Below, in pieces: positions 1 to 11,931 of a DNA stretch of 64,000 nt; positions within the stretch are counted from its first letter, which is position 1; every line of letters starts with the position of its first letter. The notes beneath the pieces are model-generated. The model saw only the letters and a program-made list of their open reading frames with translations. It was not told the origin of the DNA and made no database searches. The DNA is taken from positions 3,342,768 through 3,406,767 of the forward strand of contig CAJINV010000009.1 in NCBI GenBank assembly GCA_905178155.1. Direction: 5' to 3'. Both the position numbers and the translations under genes were made by a program. This DNA is from Amoebophrya sp. A120 (taxonomy: Eukaryota > Protista > Dinoflagellata).

Positions 1-39
1 CCTTTTTGGTATGGGGAGGGGGGATTTTTCCTTTCGATA
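1..39. mobile_element. 3' end of a family-B introner (truncated by window edge)
   Basis: TATGGGGAGGGGGGATTTTTCCTTTCGATA matches the right TIR of family B and is followed by TTCCA and helicase coding sequence. Confidence 0.85.
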
Positions 40-574
40 TTCCAAGCTCCCCATCGAACCCCGCATGGCCTACGCGGTGCTCCTCTCTTCCCTCCTCGGC
101 GTCGCGCAGCCCATGTGTCTGATCGCCGCTGCCTCCTGTTACCAGGACCCGGTGCGGTCCGACTCCCCGTTGAAGCAACAATACGTCCAGAACCCGTGCT
201 ACTCCGACCAGATTTTGATGCTGAAAATCCTCTACCAGTTGTTCGACACCCAGAAGCATTTAAACCCATCCTACTGTCGTGACAACGGCGTGAATATGCA
301 ATGCAAATATCGATCTGGGTCTGGAAAGGTTGAACTACCTGTATTGCGTGTTTCGCACCATATCTGAAAAATCTGTATTGCATAAGCAGCAAGGAATAAA
401 GCGCCACACCTTCGTCACGCAAAAGCGCAGTTTGTAATGTGTTCTGCGTACTATGAAAAAGCGTTTGAAAAATTTGTCATGCTGCACTGCACTGAAAGGC
501 ACAGTCAATCAGGACAATTCAGCATTACAAGTTCTTTCCAGACCCAGACATATTTTCGATGCATAGTGAACGGA
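40..574 (+). pseudogene. Partial second copy of the DHX9-like helicase (HA2 region), 3'-truncated; continues upstream of the window
   Basis: 40-294 encodes [37 protein letters not shown]...YCRDNGVN and is nearly identical to 26952-27362 minus one introner. It shares the introner 295-565 with 27363-27630. Similarity stops abruptly after GTGAACGGA (~574). Confidence 0.7.
295..565. mobile_element. Family-A introner
   Basis: TAT...ATA ends, TIR core TCTGGGTCTGGAA/TTCCAGACCCAGA, perfect TSD GTGAA. Confidence 0.9.
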
Positions 575-1009
575 GAGCGAAAGATCATCAGCTGGTCGAC
601 GGTCGTTTCTTTTCGTTCTGGCTTCAACAAACAAGAACAGAGCAGCAATTTCGTGAACCATTACCTACAACTTTGCCACATGGATTCGTTTTCAACGGTT
701 TGTCGTTTGTCGTCATCCCATTTAAAATTCGCCGTGTTCATCTTCTTGTCCTCGAGTCTGAAAAAGAGCGAGAAGTTGCATGTAGTCGTACTGGAGCGCA
801 ACATGAGATTACACTGTAGTTGTATTTGAATAAAAATTGAAAAATGAAACAAGCAAAGTGATAGTTTGTTGATGTGGCGTGGAGAGATGAGTCTGCTACT
901 GTTTCATCATCTACAGTTATCTGTAGCACTGCTCGTCCCTGCTGCACAAGTTGTGCACGGCTCTTTTCCGTATCGTTTTCCTCGTGATCGTGATGGTGAT
1001 TTATGGAAA

Positions 1010-1422
1010 ATTTGAAAAGATGCTCCTTTAGCATCTTTTCAAATTTTGAAAACCACAGACGAGTAAGCGGACCCCGTCTTCTGCGGCTTCAAAAATTGAA
1101 AAGATGCTCCTTCAGCATCTTTTCAAATTTTGAAAAGCCCAGAAGAGCAGGCGACCCTCCTCTTTTGCGCCTTTTGAAATTCGAAAAGATGTTCCTTCAG
1201 CATCTTTTCAAATCCTGGAAACCACAGAAGAGTAAATTGCTCGGGTCTCTTGTGGCTTCGTTATGGAAAAGATGCTCCTTCAGCATCTTTTCAAATTTTG
1301 CAGGCCAAAGGCCACGCGCTTCAGATTTGAAAAGATGCTGAGAGGGCATCTTTTCAAATCTCAAGAACCACAGGAGAGCACAGCAGCTTTTTCGCCTGTT
1401 GGTTTTCAGATTTGAAAAGATG
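1010..1422. repeat. Array of ~6 palindromic repeats (TTTGAAAAGATGCTCCTTCAGCATCTTTTCAAA), period mostly ~84 bp
   Basis: Copies near 1011, 1096, 1180, 1265, 1326 and 1411 (partial). Each unit is a GAAAAGATGC/GCATCTTTTC hairpin, and the spacers are related but diverged. Confidence 0.85.
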
Positions 1423-2142
1423 CGCCCCGAGGTATATTTCCCCGTTTCAGCCGTGTCCACATCTGAAAATGTTGCGCCATGAAGCACGGGCCACCTCGTC
1501 AGGGGTTGCTCGCTCTTCAGGTCTCCCGGATCTCTCGACCCCTTTGGCTTCTCGGACAGCTGTGGTCTGTGCGCGCCTCCCTATTCTACCTAGACCTCCC
1601 CTTCCAGTTGGCTTTTCCGGGTTTCCCAGCATACGCCGTCTGTCCTCATTTTACTGGGTGCGCGCCAAGTCCTGAACCGCTAGGGGTTTGGGAAGCTGCG
1701 CAGAAGATGCGGTGGGCGCTGTTTCCGAATCAGGCCCAAGCCAGGCCGGGGCTGATAAGAGGGGGGGCGCAGCCTTTCGCTTGGCTACGCCTTGTGGAGG
1801 GTAAATTCGCCGGGGGCATTTTCCGCGTTTGTCGCTATTGCCGGGCGCCTTGCCTTACCTGCGCAAGCAGTCAGAGGCGCGCTCAGGGTCCATGGCCTCA
1901 TATGATTGGGAGGCTCGTTTGGGTGGCTTTTCTCTTTGGGGTCTTTGGCTTGCGTTTCTGCCCCGGACCTCGGGGCAGAAATAGAACAGCCCGGCTTGGC
2001 GCGTTTGCAAAGGCGGACGCGCAGCCGCCATCGAAGAGGCGCTACGCGATAATCGGCGAGGGCGCCGCGCAATCAACTGGCCAAAATTTGAAAAGATGGG
2101 CGAAAAGGTGGATATTTTAGGGCCTTCCTTGTGCGGGGCTCG

Positions 2143-2179
2143 AGCAGGCCTTTTCGTAGTCGTTTTCCTCGTGATCGTG
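2143..2179. repeat. Dispersed 35-50 bp repeat GCAGGCCTTTTCGTAGTCGTTTTCCTCGTGATCGTG(ATGGTGATTTATGG)
   Basis: Same-orientation copies at ~961-1007, 2143-2179, 4258-4298 and 5361-5411. Confidence 0.85.
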
Positions 2180-2192
2180 CCGTTTGCGGTGT

Positions 2193-2454
2193 TATCAACT
2201 GTAAAAGTGCCTGGGTCTGGAAGATTTGAACTTGTCATGCTAAATCTGAATGATGCAAAAATCTGTGCCGCGTGAGTACCACAAGCTCTCCGCTTTTGAC
2301 CAAGTCGGGAGGGAGTTTCTCATGCAGGATAGGCCTGCGAGAGATCGCACAGAATCTGTCATGCCAGGTCCTGCATTCCAGACCTCATGGGTCATGGAAA
2401 AGCTGCATGACAAGTCGCGCATCCTTCCAGGCCCAGACACTTTTGCATTTGATA
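2193..2454. mobile_element. Family-A introner outside any confidently modelled gene
   Basis: TATCAACTG...CATTTGATA with perfect TSD GGTGT. Confidence 0.9.
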
Positions 2455-3292
2455 GGTGTGATGTTGAAGGACCACCACGGAAGGTCGCAGACAGGGACAA
2501 GGTGGGGGCTTTGAAGACAATGCGCACTGTATGTTTCGACGACATGTTGCGCACGCATACTGGCAAGCTCAGATTAATCGACAGTCGTGCTGTACGGCGA
2601 CGTGACAGACGGCGATTTGTCCTCATGTTGGATGAAAAACGCGAAGCAGGAATGAGGTCTTCAACAGTAGTCCCAAGGACAACAGGGTCGATTATACATC
2701 GGATAGCATTCAATAAAGACAAAACTTGACGGCCCAGCAGGATGACCCAGGAGACGAGGAACTGGTCAGTCATTTCGTGGGAATTTCAGGCACGGTTCGT
2801 TTCACCAATCGCTGCCACTGATGCCACTCACAACTACAACTTTCTGCGCCCCTCTGTGTGTCTGATGTCCTTCCAAATAAACTCGTGGCTCCCTAGTACT
2901 GTTTTTCGAAGATTTCGTGGTAAGTGGAATGTATTGACTTCGGTGCAGCTTTTACTTGATTTGTTGATGCAATTCGTTCGGTGGATTTGGATTTTGCAAG
3001 CCCGTCGTTTATTTTCGTGCCGAAGTCTATAAGTAAACTAAGAACAGCTTCATCATCAAAGAATCATCTCGAAGCGCGGGTAGAGGCGAGGCACACTCAG
3101 AGAACTTTTTGTTTCCCCGATCGCTCGCTCGCTCGTTCGCTCTGCTGTCCGCTTGTCGACTAAGAATGAATGGAGTACGAATTGCACCTGGACCTGATAT
3201 CAAGAACTGTTTATCGAGCCACTTATTAAGAAATTCAAAGCGAGGTACTTCTACTTTCTTTACTAATTCAACAGCGGCGGCACCTCACGGTC

Positions 3293-4273
3293 TTGAGCAA
3301 AAATCTGGGGCCGTTGGACCACGATCGAAGGCGGTTGATCAAGCAGTGGACCGCGGTTCTCTTCCCGCTGGTGGACGAGAACGCGGGAGGACAGCGACAG
3401 CCGTCTGGTGCTTCTCTACTTCCGGAAAAATGTAGTTCATCCACGAGTGGAAAAGAAGTTGGTGGCAAGAAACCAGAGGTAGGAACGACGTCTTCATCTA
3501 GCGGAATAAATGGAAAAGTAAATGAAGTTCTGTTACAAGAGCCAGTAGATTGTGCATCGCTTGAAACCAAGAAGAACAAGGACGACCTGCCTAGCACAAT
3601 AAAAAATCGCGCGAAACACGAACTAATATCGCGGTGCCTGCAGTTGCACCCCGACGACTTTGGCGTGGAGGAAATCGAAGCGCTCGAAGAGTTACGGAAA
3701 GCCATGCTCAAGAAAAGAAAAGCCCGCGCGCAGGTGTTGCAGAGCTTCTTGCACGACGGGCGGGGGTTGGGGTTGCATTTATTGCAGAACGGGAACCAGA
3801 AACAGGATGGAAAGCCTCCGCAGATGATGAACGACACGGGGGCATCAAATAAAACTACTACATCGAGAAGTCGCACACCAGAAGAGTCCTCGTGTGCAAC
3901 GCCCGCAAACCTGTTTTCCCAAACGCAGCATTTCTTTGCGGACGGATCGCACGACACGCAGACCGGGAACGAGAAGATCATGGAAGGCCCACGACCTGGT
4001 GTGGAAAAAATGACTGCTACTTCGGGTCAACAAACAGTGGCGGGAGATGAAAAGCAAGGACAGGGTGAAGTACTAGATGGCAGCTGCGGGAAGAACATGA
4101 CGCCCGGATTTTTTGCGTTTCCGTTTTCATCTTCAACATCTTCGCAAACCCCCGCGTTTAATAATACTCTTACGCCAGGTTACAACTACGGCACGAGCCG
4201 CTTGCTGCCGTTTCAAAACAAGAGGCGGAGAGGAGATATTGGCGAGAGGAGATATTGGCAGGCCTTTTCGTAG
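3293..4273 (+). CDS. Hypothetical protein (intronless ORF, low complexity)
   Basis: 326-codon ORF with no recognisable domain and an uncertain start. It ends inside the dispersed repeat at 4258. Confidence 0.3.
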   Translation: MSKNLGPLDHDRRRLIKQWTAVLFPLVDENAGGQRQPSGASLLPEKCSSSTSGKEVGGKKPEVGTTSSSSGINGKVNEVLLQEPVDCASLETKKNKDDLPSTIKNRAKHELISRCLQLHPDDFGVEEIEALEELRKAMLKKRKARAQVLQSFLHDGRGLGLHLLQNGNQKQDGKPPQMMNDTGASNKTTTSRSRTPEESSCATPANLFSQTQHFFADGSHDTQTGNEKIMEGPRPGVEKMTATSGQQTVAGDEKQGQGEVLDGSCGKNMTPGFFAFPFSSSTSSQTPAFNNTLTPGYNYGTSRLLPFQNKRRRGDIGERRYWQAFS

Positions 4274-5570
4274 TCGTTTTCCTCGTGATCGTGATGGTCA
4301 AGGGAAAAGTTGGAAAGAAAATCGCGGAGAAACGGGCGGGGAAGGTTGGTGGAGCAACGGTCGTGAAGACGAGCAATGACAAATCTGCTGCAGGAGAAGC
4401 TGTGAATCTGAATGATAAAACTGCCCCAGCCAGCGCCGGCACCAGCACTGGTGCCAAAAGCAAAAAAGCGAGCAACAAACGTCGCATGAGTTCTTTGAAT
4501 GCTGCTCGTGGTGGTGCAGCCGCGATGGCCGCTTCGTCGAATTGGGCAGCCTCCTCTTCGACTTCCGCGCCAGCTCTGAAAAAACCGAAAACCTTGTCCA
4601 GCTCGGTGCTTTCCGGGTTCCTGTGAAGGGATTGAAGAAGCAACAACGGGAGGACGATCTGCAAAGTGTAACTTCAGAAAAATTTCACTCTGTATCTTCC
4701 CCTGAAAAAAACCTCGACAGCTGCATCCGACATTTTGCGTATGATATGGAAAAAGCGATAATGTACTTGCGATTATTATGTTTCCTACCGCCCGGGCCGA
4801 TTGTTATTTTCGCGGCAAGCCGGCATATTGCGATTTCTTTTGCGCGTCCCATCACCTGCCGGTTATTTTTGTGTTCAGTTTATACTACTCGTTGTCGTAC
4901 TCTTAGCAGCTATTCAAAAAAGCCAAGGGATGAAAGGCTACTAGGTCACTGTGTTTTTTCCTTGTCTATAGCAGGCTGTAGTTCGCTCGTAACAAGAAGT
5001 AGGGAAAGATCCCAGGTGGAGATGGATCTCCCTGCTCGAACGGAAGATGATCCAAGCCCAGAAGATCTGGCCAGGTTTATTCGAGCGTGGCTTTGTCCGA
5101 TCTTCTCCACAGCGAGAAGAGGTACTACAGAGTGGCTGCAACAAACGAAGAAGAGAGCGGCTGGGAAGTCAGAGAGCGGCTCCGAAGGCTGAGGTTTTGT
5201 TGAGGGATCGTGCAATGTAATTAAGAAACTAGAACTACAGTTAGCCCTTTTTCATCGTGAAAACACGAGCAGAGTGGTTGATCAGTTGAAAGTAAGTAAA
5301 GTAGAGCATGATTTTCCGATTTTTGCGCTGTCGCCAACTACATCGTATGTAGTTCTTCTCAGCAGGCCTTTTCGTAGTCGTTTTCCTCGTGATCGTGATG
5401 GTGATTTATGGAGGTGTTGTCTAAACAAGCTTAATTTTCGCCTGTTTCAAAATTTTTCGTTGCGGTACAAAGCGTGCATTGAGGCGTAGCTGCGCCAAAA
5501 TCGATATAATTGCGTTTGTCCCTGTTGACCACGCTTCATTGCATGCTAAAGAACTTCTTGAAAAATAAAC

Positions 5571-8500
5571 ATGTTGGTCCACTTACTACGCCTTCTTCTC
5601 CGCCGAACCGCGCTTCATCTTCAAATCCTGCTCTACCTTTCCGCGCTTCTCTCCAACCCTGTGCCTTCGACCCAGAATGATGCCACACCTACCCTTTTTC
5701 TCGTCGCCGCCGAGCGGAGGCGCATGTTGCGCCGAGAACCCGTGCAGCTCCGGGACATCTTCGAGCCGGCGGAAGATGACGACGAGAGCCTTTTCGTGGG
5801 AAAAAATAAAGCCAGTCCACCTTCATTGTCCGCGAACCATGATGAGTCTGGTGAACAAAGAGCAGGTGGCCTCGCGGGACCAGAAAACTACCACGATGAA
5901 AGGGCAAGAGAAACAAGTGGAGCTAGTAGGAAGACGAGCGCCACAGTGGTAAATCGCATCGAGCCCGATCATCATGTCGACCGCGACACCAGGACGGCAC
6001 CGTTCGCGGTCACAAGTGACGCAGAGTACTACAACCCCTCCGCGGCGCTGGCGGTCGGGGAAAAAAAGGAAACGGTCGCGACCAGCACGAGGGAGCAGGT
6101 AGAAGAACAAGAATCTTTGCAGCGCACGAAGCGGATTAGGATCAAGGAAACAAGACGGGATGACGAGAAGCAGCAAGGCGAAGACGGCGAAAATAAAGAG
6201 AAGGCAACTCCTTCTACCGGGAAAACTACTTCCGCGACCTTCGAGCTCGTGAAAGAGTCCAGTCCCTTCGAGATGTCGAAGGCCGACGGCAGCGTGGTGC
6301 CATACGTTCTCCGGGCCGAACTGTATGAGAACACGAAGACCGGGGAGGGAAGCCGCTACCCCTGCGTGCTCACGGATTCCTTTCGTCTGATCGGCTACAA
6401 AATCGACGCGGAACAGTGCAAGAACGCCAAGATGTATCCGTGAAAAAAACTGTGTGAGCGTAACTTTGTAGCTAGGGCAGCATAAGAAATTCGTTTTGCA
6501 TTACAGAAACACCCTGTAATGCGCAGCTAGTACGTGAAAACAGTATGCAGCACGGCTATGACGCACTTCCAGCATGACAAGTGTAACTGTGTTGCATTTT
6601 CTGCATCAGTACATAGTTTTTTTCCTGCATAAGATGCAAACGAGGTTTCAGGAGGGCCGGTTCGCGTCGGACTACTACAAAGCGTGCTACATCGCAGTGC
6701 CGGAGTGGAATACTTTCGCTATCGACGAGGACGAAATGGTCCGGGTGAAGTTGGCGTATTGCGTTTTTTCCCTATACCGATCACGAATGTTTTTTTCTCG
6801 TCGTCCGTACAAAAAATTGGAATAGACTTCATTCACATGATCATGATGAAACAATTTGTCATGCGAGAAAGACCACGCAAGTTTTATTTTTAGTTTGTGT
6901 TTGTAATGCCGCGTTTCGCGCGGCGCTCGCGCTGGCGGTTTTGGTTTTCGCGTTCAACAACTACTTGTGGCAAGTACATTTGTGCAAACTTTGTACTTAT
7001 CAAATTTTCACTATGACAGGGAGCCCCAAGTTATGGATGTGTCAGGATTGAAATCGACAAAGTTGAAAGAACTTGTAATGCATGAAATCGATACCAGTTG
7101 AAAGCCCAGTTTCCAAGTGGCGCATGACAAATTTCGGCACCGTCTAAATCCAGTTTGTCATGCTGTTTAGGGACAGAAGGCGTCTTTTGTCATGCACTTC
7201 AGCAGCTCTATCTCAGACCCCAAACTGGCTGACAGTCGGCCTCACTTGCCATCCCTGCAAGAGAGGCACTTCATGCCTTGCAATTTATGCATGAGAAATT
7301 ATTTCAACTTTGACGATTTCGATCCTGACACTCCCATACAAGTGTTCGAAGCCGCGGCGGGGGCGATCGTGAAGATCGAGCCGGAAGAGGTTTCGGACCT
7401 ATATCATTTGTAAAAACGTCCCCACCCCAGAGTCAAGACGGGGATTTTGCAACACAAACCTTAAAGTTTTGGGAGCCACGCATGACAAGTTGCAGGCTGT
7501 AGTGTAATGCAGTTTTTCAAGGGAAGCCGCATAACAAATCCATCTCCTTATCCTGTTCACAGCATTACAAGTTCCAAAACACGACGGGGAATGCCTCTCA
7601 TGGGGATGCGCATTACAAATGCTCTTGTGCTTACAGATCTGCATGACGACTCTGTGGTGGCGGGGATGTTTTTGCACAGGATAACATACCCGAGTCCGAC
7701 AGCATGATACCGGAGCCGAGCACCGGCCTCGCCTTGGTCATTTTTCTGCTGTTCGTCTGCTGTTGGTGTGGCATGATTGTGTGCTCCATGATGATATCAA
7801 CTGCTAATGTGTCTGGGTCTTCTACAAGGTCACAACTACAACTTGTGATGCTGTCTTAGGATTCTAAAAACATTTGCATTTTTGCATGACCAGTAAGTAG
7901 AGGAGGTCCGACGTGGAGAGGGCATTTATGCTCATGCGGAATAGGCAACATGAAGCTTTAGCTTTCCAGAAATCCGTGAGGCTTCTAGTAGGCCATGCAT
8001 TACAGGTTTCGCGGTTCATGGAAAATATGCATGACAAACCTGGCAATCTAAATCTTCCAGACCTAGACATGTTTGCAGTGCATAGATGATGCTCAAGTGC
8101 GTGTTGGAAATGTTCGGAGTGAATACCTATCAAAAGTAAAAATGTCTGGGTCTGGAAACTTGTGATGCTGGGTGGCGTCTCATGATGAGGCTACAGATGC
8201 TGGCTTAACATGACAATTTTCTGAGCTCCTAGGTGTTGCCTACTCTGCATGACAAACTGCGCTTCTGCATCACAGAAAAACGCAGCTCTTGGGTAACGTG
8301 CATGACAGATTTAAGAGTCATGCCAGACAAGCATGACAAACATGAATTCTTCCAGACCCAGACATTTTTACAGTTGATAATACCAGCGTCGTCTTATCAA
8401 AAGAACAAATCCCCCTTTCATATCGAAAATGCACCACAGGGAAATTTGTTTTGCTGATTTGTGTACGCAAATGCCTCTGTATTTTTGCATACTTGGGAAG

Positions 8501-11080
8501 CAAGAGCGAAGCGACGCACTGGACAGGCCATCTGTTGTAATGCGTTTCAGCCTGGCTACAGCAGCAAGAACATCTATCATACTATTCGGTTAGACATCTG
8601 GAAACCTAAACAGGCCTAGCATGCGCCTCTGTTTCGGTTCTACTGCAAAACACAGCTGATTTGTCGTGGCCACAAATCAATCTGCAGCACGGATTTATTA
8701 TCGTTTTGATATGTGGCGGGGGGATTTATTTTCTTCTTCATACGTGTGGAAGGTGCTAGGCCAACTGAAAGCCGCGGCCTTGTCTCTCAAGGACACGCTC
8801 ACTGCCATGTTCCGTGGGAAAAATAAACCAGGCCCAGCGGAGGACGGACGGGAGGTAGAAGAAGGAGACATTGGGGCTGAAGACGGTGACAAGCCGAGTG
8901 AAGACGGGGAAGCGGAAAAGAACTCCGATGACGAAGGGCAGGACGGTGCTGACGCAGGAGCTCTGAAGGAGGACCACGCTGACGAAGCAGGGGCCGCGGG
9001 CGAAGCGCCCGTGCAGCCGGGAGGACCTGCTATCATCAAGGGCGGGAAAAAAGGACTTGCACCAGGACAGCAGAAGTCACCACCGCAGCTCGGCGCGATG
9101 CATAAAGGGGAAAAGACCAGCGGAACTATCCATTCCGGGAAAGAAAGTATCTTTTAGTACTGAAGCGACATGCATCCGCATCGCGAACGCGATCACAAAT
9201 TTTTGATCTGCTTGTTCAGAGTTGAGAAAATAGATTTGCAAGGCTGAAAAAGGTAAAAACGCTTGCCATGCAGTGTATGTTGCTGCAACCCGCCGTCGCA
9301 CGCAAGAACAGCAAAGGATAAGTACTTTTCCCTCGGATAGCCAAAACCGTGCAGAAAGGCGTGGTCGCAGGGGCCGCCGGCGGTTTGAAAGAAAGTGGAA
9401 AGGTGGTAAAGGGAGCAAAAGATGCGAAAAGCACAACGAAGCCGGACGGCACGCAGCCGCTGCAACAACCTGCCGCCCATCCCGGAGCTCCACCGGGAAA
9501 GCAGATGAAAATCCCAGCAGGAGCAGGCAAAGACGGTGATCATCCGGGAAAAATGAAAGGCGCGTCCTCCTCCGGACAGCTGCACAAAGAGGCAGGAGGA
9601 AAACCCGCACTGCAACAGCCAGCGGGTAGCAAACCCGCCGGTGTTCTCGCGGGGAAGGACCAACAGCAGCCGTCGCTGCCCAAGGGGCCGAAGGGCACGG
9701 GAATTACGCAATCGCCGGCGGGCAAGAGTCCGTCCGGGGGACAATCGCCGGCGGCGGGCAGGAGTACGAGTAGCAAGTCACCACCTGGAGGAGGAGGAGG
9801 TGGAGGCCCTCCTGCTGGAAGTGACCACAAGGGAGGCAAGAAGTCGCCGGAGAGCGCAAATATCAAGGGAACATCAAAATCTCCACCGCAGATGATGAAG
9901 TCCGGAGTTGGACCAACAAAACAGCCCGAAGCTCTTCTAGCGGCGAACAAGGGAACCACGGCAGGACCAGGGAAGGACGCCCTCGTCGGGAGTAGTGGTT
10001 TAGCACCAAAAGGAAAAAATAGTGCCAAGTCTCCACCACAAAACACGGCGCAGCCCCTATCGCAAGGAAAAATCCCCCCTCCCCATATTGAAGAGGTAGG
10101 TTTTCGAAAATTTGTGTTGCTGATTTGAGGTCACAAATCACGTTTGTGTTGCAAGAAGACAAGGGCAGCAGCTTCCGTCCCATTATGGAGGCGGTTTGTC
10201 ATGCTGTTGAGCCAACATCACGGACGCTTTTCATGCTAAGCGCCTAAGTCAAAGCCTCTCTACTCAGGCTTGATATGGGTCTGCAGTCCTCTCCAGCAAG
10301 ACAAATGCGATTTGTGTACTCAAATACAGCAACACAAATTTCGCTTTCGATATGGGGAGGGGGGATTTTTCCTCACAATAGCCCCCGTCTAGTAGTCCGC
10401 CGGGTCGTCCGGGAAGTTTGGTGGGCAGCAAGCAAGACGGGAGTAAGAAAGGCATGAATAGCAACAGCAACAATAAAGGAGCACCAGCTGGGCCAGGGGT
10501 CGGTATTGTAGTACCGTCGCAGGAGCAGCCGCCTTCTGAACGGCAGTCTGCGACGAGCGCGCCACGAGGACCCCAAGCAGGATCGCCTTCGCTTCCAACA
10601 CGCGGTTCTTCGGCGGGCGAAATGAAAGGGAAACAACAACAAATAACACCATCTTCTTCCAAGCCGGGAAGCAAAAGTGCAGCCGGTGCTGGATCACCAC
10701 CAGGGGGAGCACAACAACCAAAAGGAAGTAGTACAACTAAAATGACCTCCGACAAAGACAAGAACATGATGATGAACAAAGGCGGCGACAAGATGAAAGG
10801 AGTAAAAACGGGTAATATTCAACCAGATCTAGCCCCACCGCAAGAGGAAAGCGAGGTGGTGGTCAGGACCAAGCGGGCGAGTCACGATCGGGTAGACATG
10901 AATCAAAAAGGTGTAGGACTCCTGAATAAAGGAAAAGGATTTCCACCGCCTCCGGAACCGGAAAGCGAAGTTGTGGTCGTAACGAGAAGAGCGAGTCACG
11001 GCCACTCCGGGGAGGGCGGTCCGATGAATCACCCACTGCCGACGCCGGGTAATTTGGGCAAGGGAATGAAAAAGAAGTGA
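5571..11080 (+). CDS. Hypothetical type I membrane protein, ~1005 aa, with a G/P/K/Q/S-rich tail
   Basis: Exons 5571-6434, 6637-6755, 7020-7031, 7344-7401, 7689-7794, 8090-8127, 8385-8394, 8748-9146, 9341-10057, 10386-11080 (3018 nt, open frame). Hydrophobic N-terminus and TM segment GLALVIFLLFVCCWCGMIVCSMMM. Seven introners and two GT-AG introns. Confidence 0.8.
7032..7338. mobile_element. Family-E introner (TIR TATGGGAGTGTCAGGATCGAAAT, ~306-312 bp)
   Basis: Perfect TSD CAAGT. Other members: 14179-14490, 38230-38537, 51248-51553. Confidence 0.9.
10058..10380. mobile_element. Family-B introner (TIR core GAAAAATCCCCCCTCCCCATAT, ~290-350 bp)
   Basis: TSD GCCCC. Other members: 8395-8742, 12378-12699, 20516-20827, 23895-24204, 35868-36188, 37879-38199, 42079-42389, 48820-49108, 54638-54949 (variant), 57694-58105, 59369-59689. 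Confidence 0.9.
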
Positions 11081-11931
11081 GAAGACGCGAGCTTCGTCTT
11101 TTGCCAGGATTTGCGTTTTGAGTTTGACTTTGAATTTGATGCAGAATAGAAGATGACAAGCTGATTTTATGGATGTTTTGAATTTGATCATGTAGGATTT
11201 GAGGAGCTTCTGCGAGGCATTGCTGATGCCAAAAATGTTGCAAAGCTAAAGACTGCCTTCAGGCGATTTTTGGCGAAGATGATGAAATGTAAGATGAAAA
11301 CCCTTCAACTGTAACCACTTTTCCTATTCGAAGTACTCACCCCAATGTACCAAGATGAACTCAAAGAAACTATTCCAAGAAGAATGGCGGTCTTCAGCTG
11401 ATTTATTTCAGGAATCATTCGTCGGCAACGTCACGTTTATTGAGACGGCGCAGTTCGTCTTCGTAAGTAACTGGAAATTTTTGGCGGGTTCGCGATGGAT
11501 GGTACGTACTTGCTGTTCGACGAGAACATTGAAATATTGTATGCAGGAGCAATGCGCATGCCCTGCTCTAGTACCTGCAACTTTTACTTTCATAATTCTG
11601 TGAGTGAGAGTTTTTGTGCTGTGCTGTTTTGGGTGGGACAGCTTCCTTCTTTCACATGCTGAATCGTTTTCATACTGACAATTATGATTATCGGGTAGTT
11701 GCGACGAGAAATTTTTATGCTGTAGTGATTGTTTCTGCTTTTGTGATTTTCATTGCAGCGGTCGTGGTTGGTCCAGCCGTCAAAGAGCTTAAGTAGAAGA
11801 TGCCGTTCGAGGAACCCAGGTTGAGGACACCATAGGTGAGTAGGTTGAAGCACAATCTTGTAAAAACATTGTCCCCGTCGAGAAAACGAGTCGTCGTCGT
11901 GAGCATCATTTTACAACCATATACAAACAAG

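Noticed and set aside
575-829. Alternative C-terminus of the first helicase copy
   Set aside because: No similarity to the intact gene after ~574; it looks like read-through into unrelated DNA.
1010-1422. CRISPR array
   Set aside because: The context is eukaryotic, there are no cas genes, the spacers are mutually similar and the repeats are degenerate.
8698-10791. Long minus-strand ORFs (also 3268-3981, 26678-27583, 38780-39386, 51500-52051)
   Set aside because: They are antisense shadows of low-complexity or GC-rich + strand exons.
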